Shown: positions 7,210-16,304 of the stretch, one piece after another
Layout of the letters: every line of letters starts with the position of its first letter
Position numbering within the stretch: the stretch's first letter is position 1
Program-made: the position numbers and the translations under genes
Notes under the pieces: generated by a model
What the model was told of the DNA's origin: nothing
Seen by the model: only the letters and a program-made list of their open reading frames with translations
The model's database searches: none
DNA from: an uncultured Demequinaceae bacterium
GTDB lineage: Bacteria > Actinomycetota > Actinomycetes > Actinomycetales > Demequinaceae
Length of the DNA stretch: 60,470 nucleotides
Assembly: GCA_964600005.1 (NCBI GenBank)
Contig: CAZRHL010000001.1
Location: forward strand, 1 to 60,470
Direction: 5' to 3'

Positions 7210-10038
7210 CTATCTCGTCTCACCGTAACGGAGTACTTCGCTGAGCCGGGCCCTGCGTTGAACGACGACTTCAGCAATCACTGCGATGAGCAGCAACGCC
7301 ACAAGCGCGACCGCGCCCGGTGTCAGCAGCGCAGGGTCGATGCTGGGCGGCGGATCGTTCACTCCACCGGACAGGACGACGAGGCCGAGTGCGGGCGACA
7401 GCACGAGCATGACGATGAGCGCCGCGCCGATTGCCGCAGCGGCGCTCGCCAGCACCATGGGCACCAAGTCGGTGAAGGCAAGCCACCAGCCAAGCCGCGG
7501 TGGCACTCCTTGAGTACGCAGCAGTGCGATCGCGCGGCCTCTCTCCCGGGCGCCGGTGGCGACGCTGACGAGGAGTCCGACGGCCGCGAGGGCGGCGACG
7601 GCGAACACCGCCCACGTCATCGTCTGTTGCACGCCGCCCATCAAGGCGGAGGATCGTGCGGTCTCAAGCCATTCGGAGCGCAACCACACATCGCCTGCCG
7701 GGATGTCAGCGTCGGCGATCGCCGCGTCGGTCCCGGGGCCTACGACCACCGTGACGTCTGGGGCGATGGGCTCTTGAGTGTCGACGGTCAGCAGCGGCTC
7801 GAGCGCAACGAAGATGTAGGGGCCCTGCAGCCAGCCGTTGGGCTCCGGCTGCGCCTCGCCGATGAATGCGACGGGGATGAACGTGCGGCCGAGGAACACG
7901 TCGGAGCGCTGGTACACATCGATCTCGCGGAGCTCCTCGCTGGCGAGCGCCGGAATCGGATCGCCCGGCTTCCAGTCCGCAACCGCCGCCGTCAGGGCAT
8001 CGAGTTCCTCGGTGAGCTCGCCATGGGCCGCCTTGAGCGTCTCGCTGTAGGACTGATCGACGGCGATCACCGTCGCGGAGGAAAGGCTCGAGCCCATCGC
8101 GATCGTGGTGCGCGGCATCGCAAGCAGCTCGGACACGACGAGCCCGTGATCGCGCCACTGCTTCGCGATGCCGGGGTCCACGGTGCCGTCGATACGGGCA
8201 TCGCCGCCGACGCGCTCCCACGACGCGGAGTCCTGGCCCTTCTCGACAGTCGAGGACAGCAATGCGCCGTAGGCGCCGACGGCGAGGGCCAGCGCGAGTG
8301 CAACGAGCGGAAGTGCAGCGATCGGTTCCCGGCTGCGGGCGGCGGTGAGCAGGCCGGCCGCTCCACGGCTCATCCGGGACAGCGCCTGAACCATGCGGCG
8401 AGGGATCGCGGCGAGGCGCACCACGATGAGCGCCACGGCAAGAGCGACCAGTGCTGGAGCGACGGCGAGGAAGGGGTCGACACCCACTGTCTGGGTTTGC
8501 AGGACCCCACGTCCGCGCAGAGACCACACCGCCATCGCCGCAATGATGAGGACGAGCACGTCGCGGGTGACAGCGCGCGCCGAACGTGCGCGGGCCAGCT
8601 TGGCACGGTCTCGGCGGTTGGCGGGTTCTCGTCTGCCTGCCCACGAGGCGCGCGCCACTGCCGCGCCGAGGAGCGGAGTGGAGACCAACGCGACGAGGGC
8701 GACGAGCAGAGCGAGCGGATCGACGGGCGTCGCCCCTGGGGTGACGATTGCGGCGGCGCCGTAGCCGAGTGCGAGCCCGCCGAGAGTGAACATCGCGCTC
8801 TCGATGAGCAGCGCGCCCATCGTGGAGCCGACAGCGCCGCCGCGCGCGCGTTCGAGTTGAATGTCGCGGGCGCGGCCGCGAATGAGCAAGTGCGCCATGA
8901 GCGCGATGACGGCGGCGGCTGTCGCCGTCACGCCTGCGATGAGGACGGACATCTGTGCGAGGGCGGCGCGTGCACGCACCGGGTAGTCGCTCAGTGCATC
9001 GCCAAGGCCCGAGCTCACGCGGGGCCGCACGCCGCCTTCCGGCAGCAGGCTCTCCGTGTTCGTCTCGAGCTTTTCGAGCTCAGGGGGGATCGAGTGCGCG
9101 AGATCGAGGGTGAGCAAGGTGGGTTCGACGCTCATCACCACCGAGGCGGTGAGCGGCATCGTGAGCCTCGACGTGTACTCCTCAGCGATATCGGCCGGCA
9201 TGAGCACGGTCCCAACGGCACGTTCCAGGCCAGTGCCGCCGTAGCGGATCTGCTCCTCGAAAAGACCTGGAGCGGCGATCGCCGCTTCGCCGGCAGGATC
9301 GTCGATCGTTGCAATCGCGGTGATCTCAAGCTCGACGCGTGAACCGTTGGGGCGCCCGAGCGTCACTGTGTCGCCGAGAGCGAGGTCGAGTGAGTCGAGC
9401 GTGATCTGTGTCATCGCGACCTGAAGCGGGGGCGGATCCGGTACGACGCCATCGGGGCCCGCGGGTGCGCCCCTCACAAGCACGGGGCGCTCACCCTCGA
9501 CGATGACAGTGGACGCAGACGGGACGTAGGCGATGACGACATCGGCATCGGTGCGGGTGGTGGCCTCCGCTTCGCGCTGTGCCGCAGCGGCGTCCTCGCG
9601 CTCCTCGGCCGACGTGACAGACATGAGCGTGTAGGGCACCGAGATGGCGCTGACGTTCTGTGCCGTGATGACGCTTGACGTGTCGGGCGGCATGTTCGAC
9701 GCGATCGTCGCCGCCGTCTCAGGCAGGTCGCTCATCCGCGCCCCGCGAACCGAGTCGACATTGTTGCCGCCCGGGTTTCCCAGAGGGAACGTGATGGTGA
9801 CGCGATCGCCGCTCGACTGGGCGCGCACGGCGTCGGCCGCACCATCGTCGAGGGTGCCGAGAATGAGCTGTGGGCCGGCGTATGCGAGGAATGCGGCAAG
9901 CGCGACGACGAGCATTGCGGCGAGGAAGATCCAGCGATCACGCCACGCGCGCCTTCGGGCGAGCAGCCACAGCGGCCCCGCGCCGCCCGGTGCGGCGGGA
10001 TGCTCGTCAATGCGAGTGACCGCGATCTGGACGCTCAT
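7210..10038 (-). CDS. Large FtsX/MacB-family ABC permease
   Basis: 942 aa; N-terminal TM, large extracytoplasmic domains, R..D/A.ALLR..G FtsX-type motifs before two TM clusters; operonic with the ATPases. Confidence 0.85.
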   Translation of the reverse strand: MSVQIAVTRIDEHPAAPGGAGPLWLLARRRAWRDRWIFLAAMLVVALAAFLAYAGPQLILGTLDDGAADAVRAQSSGDRVTITFPLGNPGGNNVDSVRGARMSDLPETAATIASNMPPDTSSVITAQNVSAISVPYTLMSVTSAEEREDAAAAQREAEATTRTDADVVIAYVPSASTVIVEGERPVLVRGAPAGPDGVVPDPPPLQVAMTQITLDSLDLALGDTVTLGRPNGSRVELEITAIATIDDPAGEAAIAAPGLFEEQIRYGGTGLERAVGTVLMPADIAEEYTSRLTMPLTASVVMSVEPTLLTLDLAHSIPPELEKLETNTESLLPEGGVRPRVSSGLGDALSDYPVRARAALAQMSVLIAGVTATAAAVIALMAHLLIRGRARDIQLERARGGAVGSTMGALLIESAMFTLGGLALGYGAAAIVTPGATPVDPLALLVALVALVSTPLLGAAVARASWAGRREPANRRDRAKLARARSARAVTRDVLVLIIAAMAVWSLRGRGVLQTQTVGVDPFLAVAPALVALAVALIVVRLAAIPRRMVQALSRMSRGAAGLLTAARSREPIAALPLVALALALAVGAYGALLSSTVEKGQDSASWERVGGDARIDGTVDPGIAKQWRDHGLVVSELLAMPRTTIAMGSSLSSATVIAVDQSYSETLKAAHGELTEELDALTAAVADWKPGDPIPALASEELREIDVYQRSDVFLGRTFIPVAFIGEAQPEPNGWLQGPYIFVALEPLLTVDTQEPIAPDVTVVVGPGTDAAIADADIPAGDVWLRSEWLETARSSALMGGVQQTMTWAVFAVAALAAVGLLVSVATGARERGRAIALLRTQGVPPRLGWWLAFTDLVPMVLASAAAAIGAALIVMLVLSPALGLVVLSGGVNDPPPSIDPALLTPGAVALVALLLIAVIAEVVVQRRARLSEVLRYGETR

Positions 10039-13000
10039 CGGGCATCACCTTGGCGCAGCAGATCGGCGGGTCGAATACGGCGCACGAGCACCGCGGCGAT
10101 CGCGAGAGCGAGCACGACGACGGCAACTGCTTCAAGGACGAGAGCAGCGACGAATGGCCACGGCACGTGGACAAGCACCTCGGGGACCGGTGGCTGACCG
10201 TCCGGCCCGAACGACACGAGTGGCGCGGTGAGCGTGACGAGCCATAAGCCAAGCCCAAGACCGCACACGGTGCCGAGAGCGGCCAAGAGCATCGCCTCGA
10301 CCCCGACCATGCGGACAGTGGCACCTGAACTGAGGCCAACTGCCCTCAGTTGGGCGAGCTCAAGCGCGCGTGCGCGGGTTGAGACGACGATGTGGACGGC
10401 GAAGCCGACGGCAGCGAGCAGAGCGGCCGCGCCAGCGACCACCCACATCGACACGCTGATCGCGACACGGAGCGGGTTCGTGGTGAGCTCATCGACCACG
10501 GCTTGGCGAGTGGAGACCTCGGCGTCATGGGGCAGGGAAGCGGTGAGAGCGTCGACGTCATCGGTGCTCACCCACCAGGTGTCGACGTCGATCGTCGAGC
10601 CGCCGCTTTGGAAGGTCGCCACCTGCACGGTGTCGATCGGTGCGGCGACGACGTAGCTCGACTCTGCCCCGATGCGCGGCACTGCAGCGACGACATTGGC
10701 ACGGACAAGCGCGCCACCGACACGCATCGTCACGTTGTCACCCACCGACATGCGCGCCATCCGCAAGAGCTGGTCGGTGACGACGATGGGAACGTTCTGC
10801 ATGAGGTCCGACGCGGTGAGAATGCCGATGACGGGCTGGGTGCGAAGGTCGGCGGGGCTCGAGATGATCGTCAGTGCGACGGTGCCGTTTCTCGCGCGGA
10901 CATCGTCCACGTAACCGGCGGTGGCGGAGGGCGTCCACGGGCCGATGACGCTGATGTCGAGAGGCTGCGCTTGGAAGGGGTTGGGCTCTGCGGAGATCGA
11001 CCAGCCCGGCACAGGAGTGAGTGCCGAGATGTTCTCCATCTCAGTGGTGACGCGGATCCGCTCGAACAGATTGAGGTCGCCTTCGACAACGGCGATGCCG
11101 GGCGACGCGATCATCGTCTGAATGCCGACGAGGCTGGACCCGGTCGATCCGTCCTCGAGCAGACCGATGAGCTGCTGCGAGGTGCCGTCAGAGATCGCGA
11201 CGCCCATATCGACCGTGTGATAGAGGCCCGCATCGGAGCGCAGCAGCAGGCGGATGGCGACGAGCATGTCGACGAAGCCTTGACGAGGCGGCTCGACCGT
11301 CACGTCCATGCGAATGGCCTGCGTCCCCGCGGGAACCGCGACGGAGCTCGCCTCGGCGACGTCGGTGCCGCCCAAGCCGAGGGCAAGGCGCTCCCCGCGG
11401 ATCTCGGCAAGCCGCCCCTGTCCGAACGCTTCCCAACCCTCGCGAGTGGTGGCGCGCAAGTAGGCGCCATTGCCGGAGAACGGCTGGTATGCCGCCCGCA
11501 GCTCTCCCAAGCTGCGGTCAGAGATCTCGATCTGATCGGCGACAACAGGCTCGGCCTGCGCACCCGGAGCGTTGACGATCAGTGCTTGACGCATCCACGG
11601 CGTGGACGGCGCAGTGACAACGGCGTCCACGGGGTGGCGATACAGCGCCTGGTCCTCTTGCGAGTGCGTCCACGTCGCCATGAACCCCGCAGCGAAGACG
11701 CCGACCGACAGGGAAAGCGTGAGGAGAAGCACGGCAGAGAGTGCGCGCACCGGGCGGCGGGCGACTTCCCATGCCGCCAACGGGGTGACCGCCCGCCGGC
11801 CCGACGTGGCGAGGGTCTCCATGACGCGTGCGGCCAGCGGCACAAGTCGTGCCGCGAGCAGGGCCCCTGCAAGCAATGCGAGTGCGGGCCCTGCCGCAAG
11901 GAGGGGGTCGAGCCGTGGCGGGCCCTCACCGCTGACAACGGGGGAGCGGTACATGCTCAGCTGCCAGAAGGCGAGGCCCGCAAGCACGATGACGGCAGCG
12001 TCGATGCCGGTGCGCTGGAAGGCCGCTTTCTTGCCCGGACGCGCACGGTCCGCCTCCGCTTCGACAATGAGCGCCGAGCGTCGAGTGAGTGGCGCGAGAA
12101 CGATCGTGATGAGCACGAGCGCGACCAGGCCACCCGCAACCCAGGCACCCACGGGCAGGCCTGGATCCTGATTGAGGTTCGCATTGCTCAGCAGCGGCAG
12201 CTCTCCCAGCTGCAGGTAGGCGAGGCGGGCAAGAGGCGCGGAGACGGCGACCGTGAGCACCCCGATGAGACCTGTCTCAATCGCCCCGATGGTGAAGATC
12301 TGCCGGGCCGAGGCTCCTCGCGCCGCAACAAGGTGGCGTTCATCATGCCGACGCTCACTCACCAGACGCGCCGCCTGCACCAACGCCGCGGTCGCCACGA
12401 CAAGCAGCAGGAGCGCGGTCACGAGCACTGTTGATCGTGTCATCGCCAACGAGCTGACAACTTGACCGGCGGTGTCCTTGACAGGCGCAAAGACTGCCAC
12501 GCGTGCGGCAAGGTTGCCGAGTTGGAGCTTCGCGTCAGTGGGGGCGTCGTCGAGTGAGTCGAGGACACTGCCCAACTGGTCGACGGAGACCGAGGAGAAG
12601 TCGGGCTCGTAGACCACCGTCACCGTGTCGAGGGGGAGGGTCTCAACCCGGTTGCTCGCGGTGATGAGCGGTCCGTAGGCGGGAGAGGTGAGTCCGCCTC
12701 CCGTGCCCGGCACCGTGACGGCGGGGCGGAATCCGTCACCTTTGAGAGTGTCGGGCACCCACAGCGGATCCGTGGTGTCGATGGGGAGGTACACGCCCAC
12801 GATGCGTGCCGTCGTCGCCGGCTCCTCATCGTACGAGCGCGCACGAATCTCAAGGACGTCGCCGATCTGCTTGCCGAGGTCCTCGATGAGGACCTGAGGG
12901 ACAGCGACCTCGGTGACCCCAACCGTCCTGTCGTCCGGCCACCGGCCGTCGACGATGACCGCAAAATCGTCGAGCCTGTCTTCTGCCGCGTAGTAGGTGA

Positions 13001-13340
13001 GGACGTAGCGCTCCTCGAGACTGAGGATCTGAAGGGCGCCCTCGACGTGGACGTGAGAAGACGCGGGGATGTCACCCAATCCCTGGCGAGCCGCGCGCCC
13101 CGAGGCATCGACGATGTCGGCAAGCGGACCGCGCGCATCGATCGTGTGCTTGAGCTGAGTGGATGCCGCGGGTGCATCATCGAGAGCGGCGCGCGCGGCG
13201 AAGGTCGAGGTGGCGCGATCAAGGAGATAGAGCGTCGACAGCAACGTCGCGGAAATGATCGACAGCGCCAGCACGATGGCGAGCAGGGGCGCCTGGACGC
13301 GTGCGCGCCGGAGGGCGAGTCGCCATCTCCAGGGAGCCAC
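10035..13340 (-). CDS. Large FtsX/MacB-family ABC permease
   Basis: 1101 aa; ERRHDERHLVAARGAS and RALELAQLRAVG FtsX motifs; 4-bp overlap with the next gene. Confidence 0.85.
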   Translation of the reverse strand: MAPWRWRLALRRARVQAPLLAIVLALSIISATLLSTLYLLDRATSTFAARAALDDAPAASTQLKHTIDARGPLADIVDASGRAARQGLGDIPASSHVHVEGALQILSLEERYVLTYYAAEDRLDDFAVIVDGRWPDDRTVGVTEVAVPQVLIEDLGKQIGDVLEIRARSYDEEPATTARIVGVYLPIDTTDPLWVPDTLKGDGFRPAVTVPGTGGGLTSPAYGPLITASNRVETLPLDTVTVVYEPDFSSVSVDQLGSVLDSLDDAPTDAKLQLGNLAARVAVFAPVKDTAGQVVSSLAMTRSTVLVTALLLLVVATAALVQAARLVSERRHDERHLVAARGASARQIFTIGAIETGLIGVLTVAVSAPLARLAYLQLGELPLLSNANLNQDPGLPVGAWVAGGLVALVLITIVLAPLTRRSALIVEAEADRARPGKKAAFQRTGIDAAVIVLAGLAFWQLSMYRSPVVSGEGPPRLDPLLAAGPALALLAGALLAARLVPLAARVMETLATSGRRAVTPLAAWEVARRPVRALSAVLLLTLSLSVGVFAAGFMATWTHSQEDQALYRHPVDAVVTAPSTPWMRQALIVNAPGAQAEPVVADQIEISDRSLGELRAAYQPFSGNGAYLRATTREGWEAFGQGRLAEIRGERLALGLGGTDVAEASSVAVPAGTQAIRMDVTVEPPRQGFVDMLVAIRLLLRSDAGLYHTVDMGVAISDGTSQQLIGLLEDGSTGSSLVGIQTMIASPGIAVVEGDLNLFERIRVTTEMENISALTPVPGWSISAEPNPFQAQPLDISVIGPWTPSATAGYVDDVRARNGTVALTIISSPADLRTQPVIGILTASDLMQNVPIVVTDQLLRMARMSVGDNVTMRVGGALVRANVVAAVPRIGAESSYVVAAPIDTVQVATFQSGGSTIDVDTWWVSTDDVDALTASLPHDAEVSTRQAVVDELTTNPLRVAISVSMWVVAGAAALLAAVGFAVHIVVSTRARALELAQLRAVGLSSGATVRMVGVEAMLLAALGTVCGLGLGLWLVTLTAPLVSFGPDGQPPVPEVLVHVPWPFVAALVLEAVAVVVLALAIAAVLVRRIRPADLLRQGDAR

Positions 13341-13434
13341 GTCGCCCCTTCCGTGCTTGATGCGCGCCGCTCAGCGTGGACGTCGCGCTCCTACCCGAGT
13401 CACATTAGGGGATTGCGGGAACCTGTCGTGACGC

Positions 13435-13953
13435 CTAGGCCCCGTTCGCACGAGCGGCAAGCCAGGCGTCGGCCGCCGCGAGCTCCTTGGGAAGCGCCTG
13501 TTCGATAGCCGAGGCGACCGCGCGCTCGACGACGGCGCCGATGAGCGGCACCGGCGCTTGCACATCGCCAGCGAGCCCGAAAGCGGCTCCGCCTTCCATC
13601 GGCTTGACGACGACGGCGCCGCGAGCGTGGCCAGGGGTGCCCGGAATCTCGAGCGCGAAGGTGCCCTCGCGATCCGTCGGGTCCCCGTTGCGCTCTGCAG
13701 GCGCCCATGCCTCGGTGTAACGGACCGTCAGCTTGCCGCCAACGAGCGACCGGAACTCTTGCGGGATGTCGGTGGCGGGAATCGTGCGCCGAATCGCGAC
13801 CGTGAAGGAACCGTCATCGAGTCTGTCGACAAGCACATCGCAGTCATCAGCCCCTGACGCTCGGGCCCGCTGAGCGTTGAACTCCTCATCGCTCAGCATG
13901 GCCATGACCTCATCCACGCTGGCATCGAAACGGTGCTCGTACGTGATCCTCAT
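13435..13953 (-). CDS. DUF2505 (SRPBCC-like) family protein
   Basis: MRITYEHRFDASVDEVMAML...VPLIGAVVERAVA...WL pattern; ATG 13953 after AAGGAGG. Confidence 0.75.
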   Translation of the reverse strand: MRITYEHRFDASVDEVMAMLSDEEFNAQRARASGADDCDVLVDRLDDGSFTVAIRRTIPATDIPQEFRSLVGGKLTVRYTEAWAPAERNGDPTDREGTFALEIPGTPGHARGAVVVKPMEGGAAFGLAGDVQAPVPLIGAVVERAVASAIEQALPKELAAADAWLAARANGA

Positions 13954-14021
13954 GGCGCCTCCTTGTGCTGCGCCCAGCGTATCGTGACGCCGTCGGGCGC
14001 ACCGCCTTCTACGCTGGTGCC

Positions 14022-15470
14022 GTGGCGACCTTGCGCGAGATCTCAAACCAGTACGGCTCGATGTCGGAAGAAGAGGCCGATTGGCTCTCCGAGCTTGTTG
14101 CCGACTGGCAGATCATTGCTGATCTGTCCTTTGCCGATCTGGTGTTGTGGCGTCGCTTCGACGAGGGTTTCGTCGCGATCGCGCACTGCCGTCCCTCGAC
14201 GGGCCCCACCGTTCACCTAGATGAGGTGGTCGGCACGCGCGCGGCCGCCGGACGCATTGCGCACCTCGACACCGCCTACACGCAGCGAGAGATCGTCGTC
14301 TCCCGTGAGCCGCGCTGGGATGAGACCTATGCGGTGCGGGAAGAGGCTCTCCCTGTCGTCATGAAGGGCGACAAGGTCATCGGTGTCATCACGCGCGAGG
14401 CATCGATGGCGGCTTTGCGCTCGTCGAGCCGCCTTGAGATCAACTACAAGGGTGCGGCCGACGACCTGCTCCGGATGGTGACGCGCGGCGAGTTCCCTTT
14501 GCGCACCTCGGTGACGGGACCCAAGCGCGGCGCGCCGCGTGTGGGCGACGGGGTGCTCCGGCTCGATGCCCAGGGCATCGTCACCTACGCGAGCCCGAAC
14601 GCGCTGTCGTGCTTCCACAGGCTGGGCGTCACCGGTTCGCTCATGCACCGTTCATTGCCCCGCGTGGTCGCCGCGATGGTGAGCGACAAGGGCCAGGTGG
14701 ATGAGACGCTCGCGATGGTGACGGCGGGCCGTGCCGCCTGGCGAACCGATGTCGAGGCGAACGGCGCAGCGCTGTCGCTGCGCGCGCTGCCCGTGACCGA
14801 ACACGGCGTGCGCGTGGGAGCGGTGCTGTTGTGCCGCGATGTGAGCGAGCTCCGCCGCCGGGAACGGGAGCTGCTGACAAAGGACGCGACCATTCGCGAG
14901 ATTCACCACCGTGTGAAGAACAACCTCCAGACCGTGGCGGCGTTGCTCCGTCTCCAGTCCCGCCGTGTCGAGGCGCCTGAAGCGAAGGAAGCACTCGCGG
15001 AGGCGATGCGGCGAGTGTCGACGATCGCGATGGTGCACGAGACCCTCTCCGGCACCTTGGATGAGCTTGTGCACTTCGACGACCTCATGGCGCGCTCGGC
15101 TCGGATGGCTGCCGATGTCGCGTCGCCCGGCGTGCCAGTGAAAATCGTCCGCGAAGGAGACTTCGGCATGATCCCGGCGCAGTTCGCATCGTCGCTTGCG
15201 CTCGTCATGACAGAGCTCGTCACCAATGCGGTCGAGCACGGCTTTGAGGGTCGCGAGCACGGCACGATCACGATCAGCGCAGAGCGAGAGGGACCCGTGC
15301 TGCGGATTGCTTTACGCGATGACGGCAAGGGCCTCACGGGTGAGCCGTCCGGGCTCGGCTCTCAGATTGTGCGCACGCTGGTGACGAATGAACTGCACGG
15401 CACGATCGACTGGTCGGCTGCAGAGCAGGGCTCGGTGGTCACCTTGGTGGTGCAGATGGACGCGGACTGA
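14022..15470 (+). CDS. pdtaS: Cytosolic sensor histidine kinase PdtaS (GAF-PAS-HisKA_2)
   Basis: WQIIADLSFADLVLW, EIHHRVKNNLQ H-box, ELVTNAVEH, DDGKG, GLGSQIV; convergent with whiB1 as in other actinobacteria; TACGCT-N6-GTG start. Confidence 0.9.
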   Translation: MATLREISNQYGSMSEEEADWLSELVADWQIIADLSFADLVLWRRFDEGFVAIAHCRPSTGPTVHLDEVVGTRAAAGRIAHLDTAYTQREIVVSREPRWDETYAVREEALPVVMKGDKVIGVITREASMAALRSSSRLEINYKGAADDLLRMVTRGEFPLRTSVTGPKRGAPRVGDGVLRLDAQGIVTYASPNALSCFHRLGVTGSLMHRSLPRVVAAMVSDKGQVDETLAMVTAGRAAWRTDVEANGAALSLRALPVTEHGVRVGAVLLCRDVSELRRRERELLTKDATIREIHHRVKNNLQTVAALLRLQSRRVEAPEAKEALAEAMRRVSTIAMVHETLSGTLDELVHFDDLMARSARMAADVASPGVPVKIVREGDFGMIPAQFASSLALVMTELVTNAVEHGFEGREHGTITISAEREGPVLRIALRDDGKGLTGEPSGLGSQIVRTLVTNELHGTIDWSAAEQGSVVTLVVQMDAD

Positions 15471-15500
15471 GCGAGGTCCGTCCCAGGGCAGAGGCTGGCG

Positions 15501-15755
15501 TTACTTGGCAGCGCGACGTGCACGAGCCGCACGACGCTTGAGCGAGCGGCGCTCGTCTTCCGAAAGGCCGCCCCACACGCCGGAGTCCTGGTTGTGCTCC
15601 ATCGCCCACGCGAGGCAGGTCTCACGCACAGTGCACGTGTTGCACACGGCCTTTGCGCGCTCAATCTGCACGAGAGCGGGGCCGGTGTTGCCTACGGGGA
15701 AGAACAGCTCAGGGTCGTCGACGTCGAGGCATGCTGCGCGGTCGCGCCAGTCCAT
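15501..15755 (-). CDS. whiB1: WhiB-family Fe-S transcriptional regulator WhiB1 (WblE)
   Basis: MDWRDRAAC...DPELFFPVGNTGPA...C..C.V...C...GVWGGLSEDERRSLKRR. Confidence 0.95.
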   Translation of the reverse strand: MDWRDRAACLDVDDPELFFPVGNTGPALVQIERAKAVCNTCTVRETCLAWAMEHNQDSGVWGGLSEDERRSLKRRAARARRAAK

Positions 15756-15821
15756 CAGGTCTCCTCACACAAAGAAAAAGCGGCGGTCCATGGGTAATTT
15801 GGACTCGCCGCTACGTCGCGG

Positions 15822-15871
15822 ATCTGTTATCCATGTTCGCACTGTTAACAACAGATGACAAGGGTCTAATC
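15822..15871 (-). promoter_or_regulatory. whiB1 promoter region with palindromes
   Basis: AT-rich. Minus strand TTGTCA (15861-15856)-N17-GAACAT; ATCTGTT-N21-AACAGAT inverted repeat enclosing a TGTTAACA palindrome. Confidence 0.5.
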
Positions 15872-15912
15872 CTGTAGCGTCTCGAATAATTCGCGCGGAG
15901 AGGTTGGAGAAC

Positions 15913-16299
15913 ATGGACAAACCCCGGAGGACGTGGGCGTCGCTCGACGGTGCGGCGCTCATTCTCCTGGTGCTCGAGACCGTGGGCACCCTCTTTGTAG
16001 CCGTGGGTTACGTGGTGTACGCCCTGCTAGACGACGAGATGACAAGTCTTGGTGCCGCGCTCGCCGTTGTCATCGCCGTGATGGGCGCAGGTCTCGCTGT
16101 ATTCACCTGGGGCTACGCCCGTGACAAGCGTTTCGCTTTGGGCGGAGTGGTGACGTGGCAGCTCATGCAGCTCAGTGTCGGCGTCTCCGTGTTTCCAGCT
16201 CTTCCCGCCGTGGGGATCCCCCTCATCCTCAGTGCGATCGTCGTGGCCTGGGCGGCCATGCGTCGGCTCTCCGCCTATCGCAGCGCAACCGAGTCGTAG
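15913..16299 (+). CDS. Small 4-TM membrane protein (conserved next to whiB1)
   Basis: Four hydrophobic segments, VTWQLMQL motif, divergent from whiB1. Confidence 0.75.
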   Translation: MDKPRRTWASLDGAALILLVLETVGTLFVAVGYVVYALLDDEMTSLGAALAVVIAVMGAGLAVFTWGYARDKRFALGGVVTWQLMQLSVGVSVFPALPAVGIPLILSAIVVAWAAMRRLSAYRSATES

Positions 16300-16304
16300 C
16301 GGCC

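Noticed and set aside
7099-12434. Long plus-strand ORFs 7099..9342 and 10392..12434
   Set aside because: Arg/His/Asp-rich antisense shadows of the permease genes.
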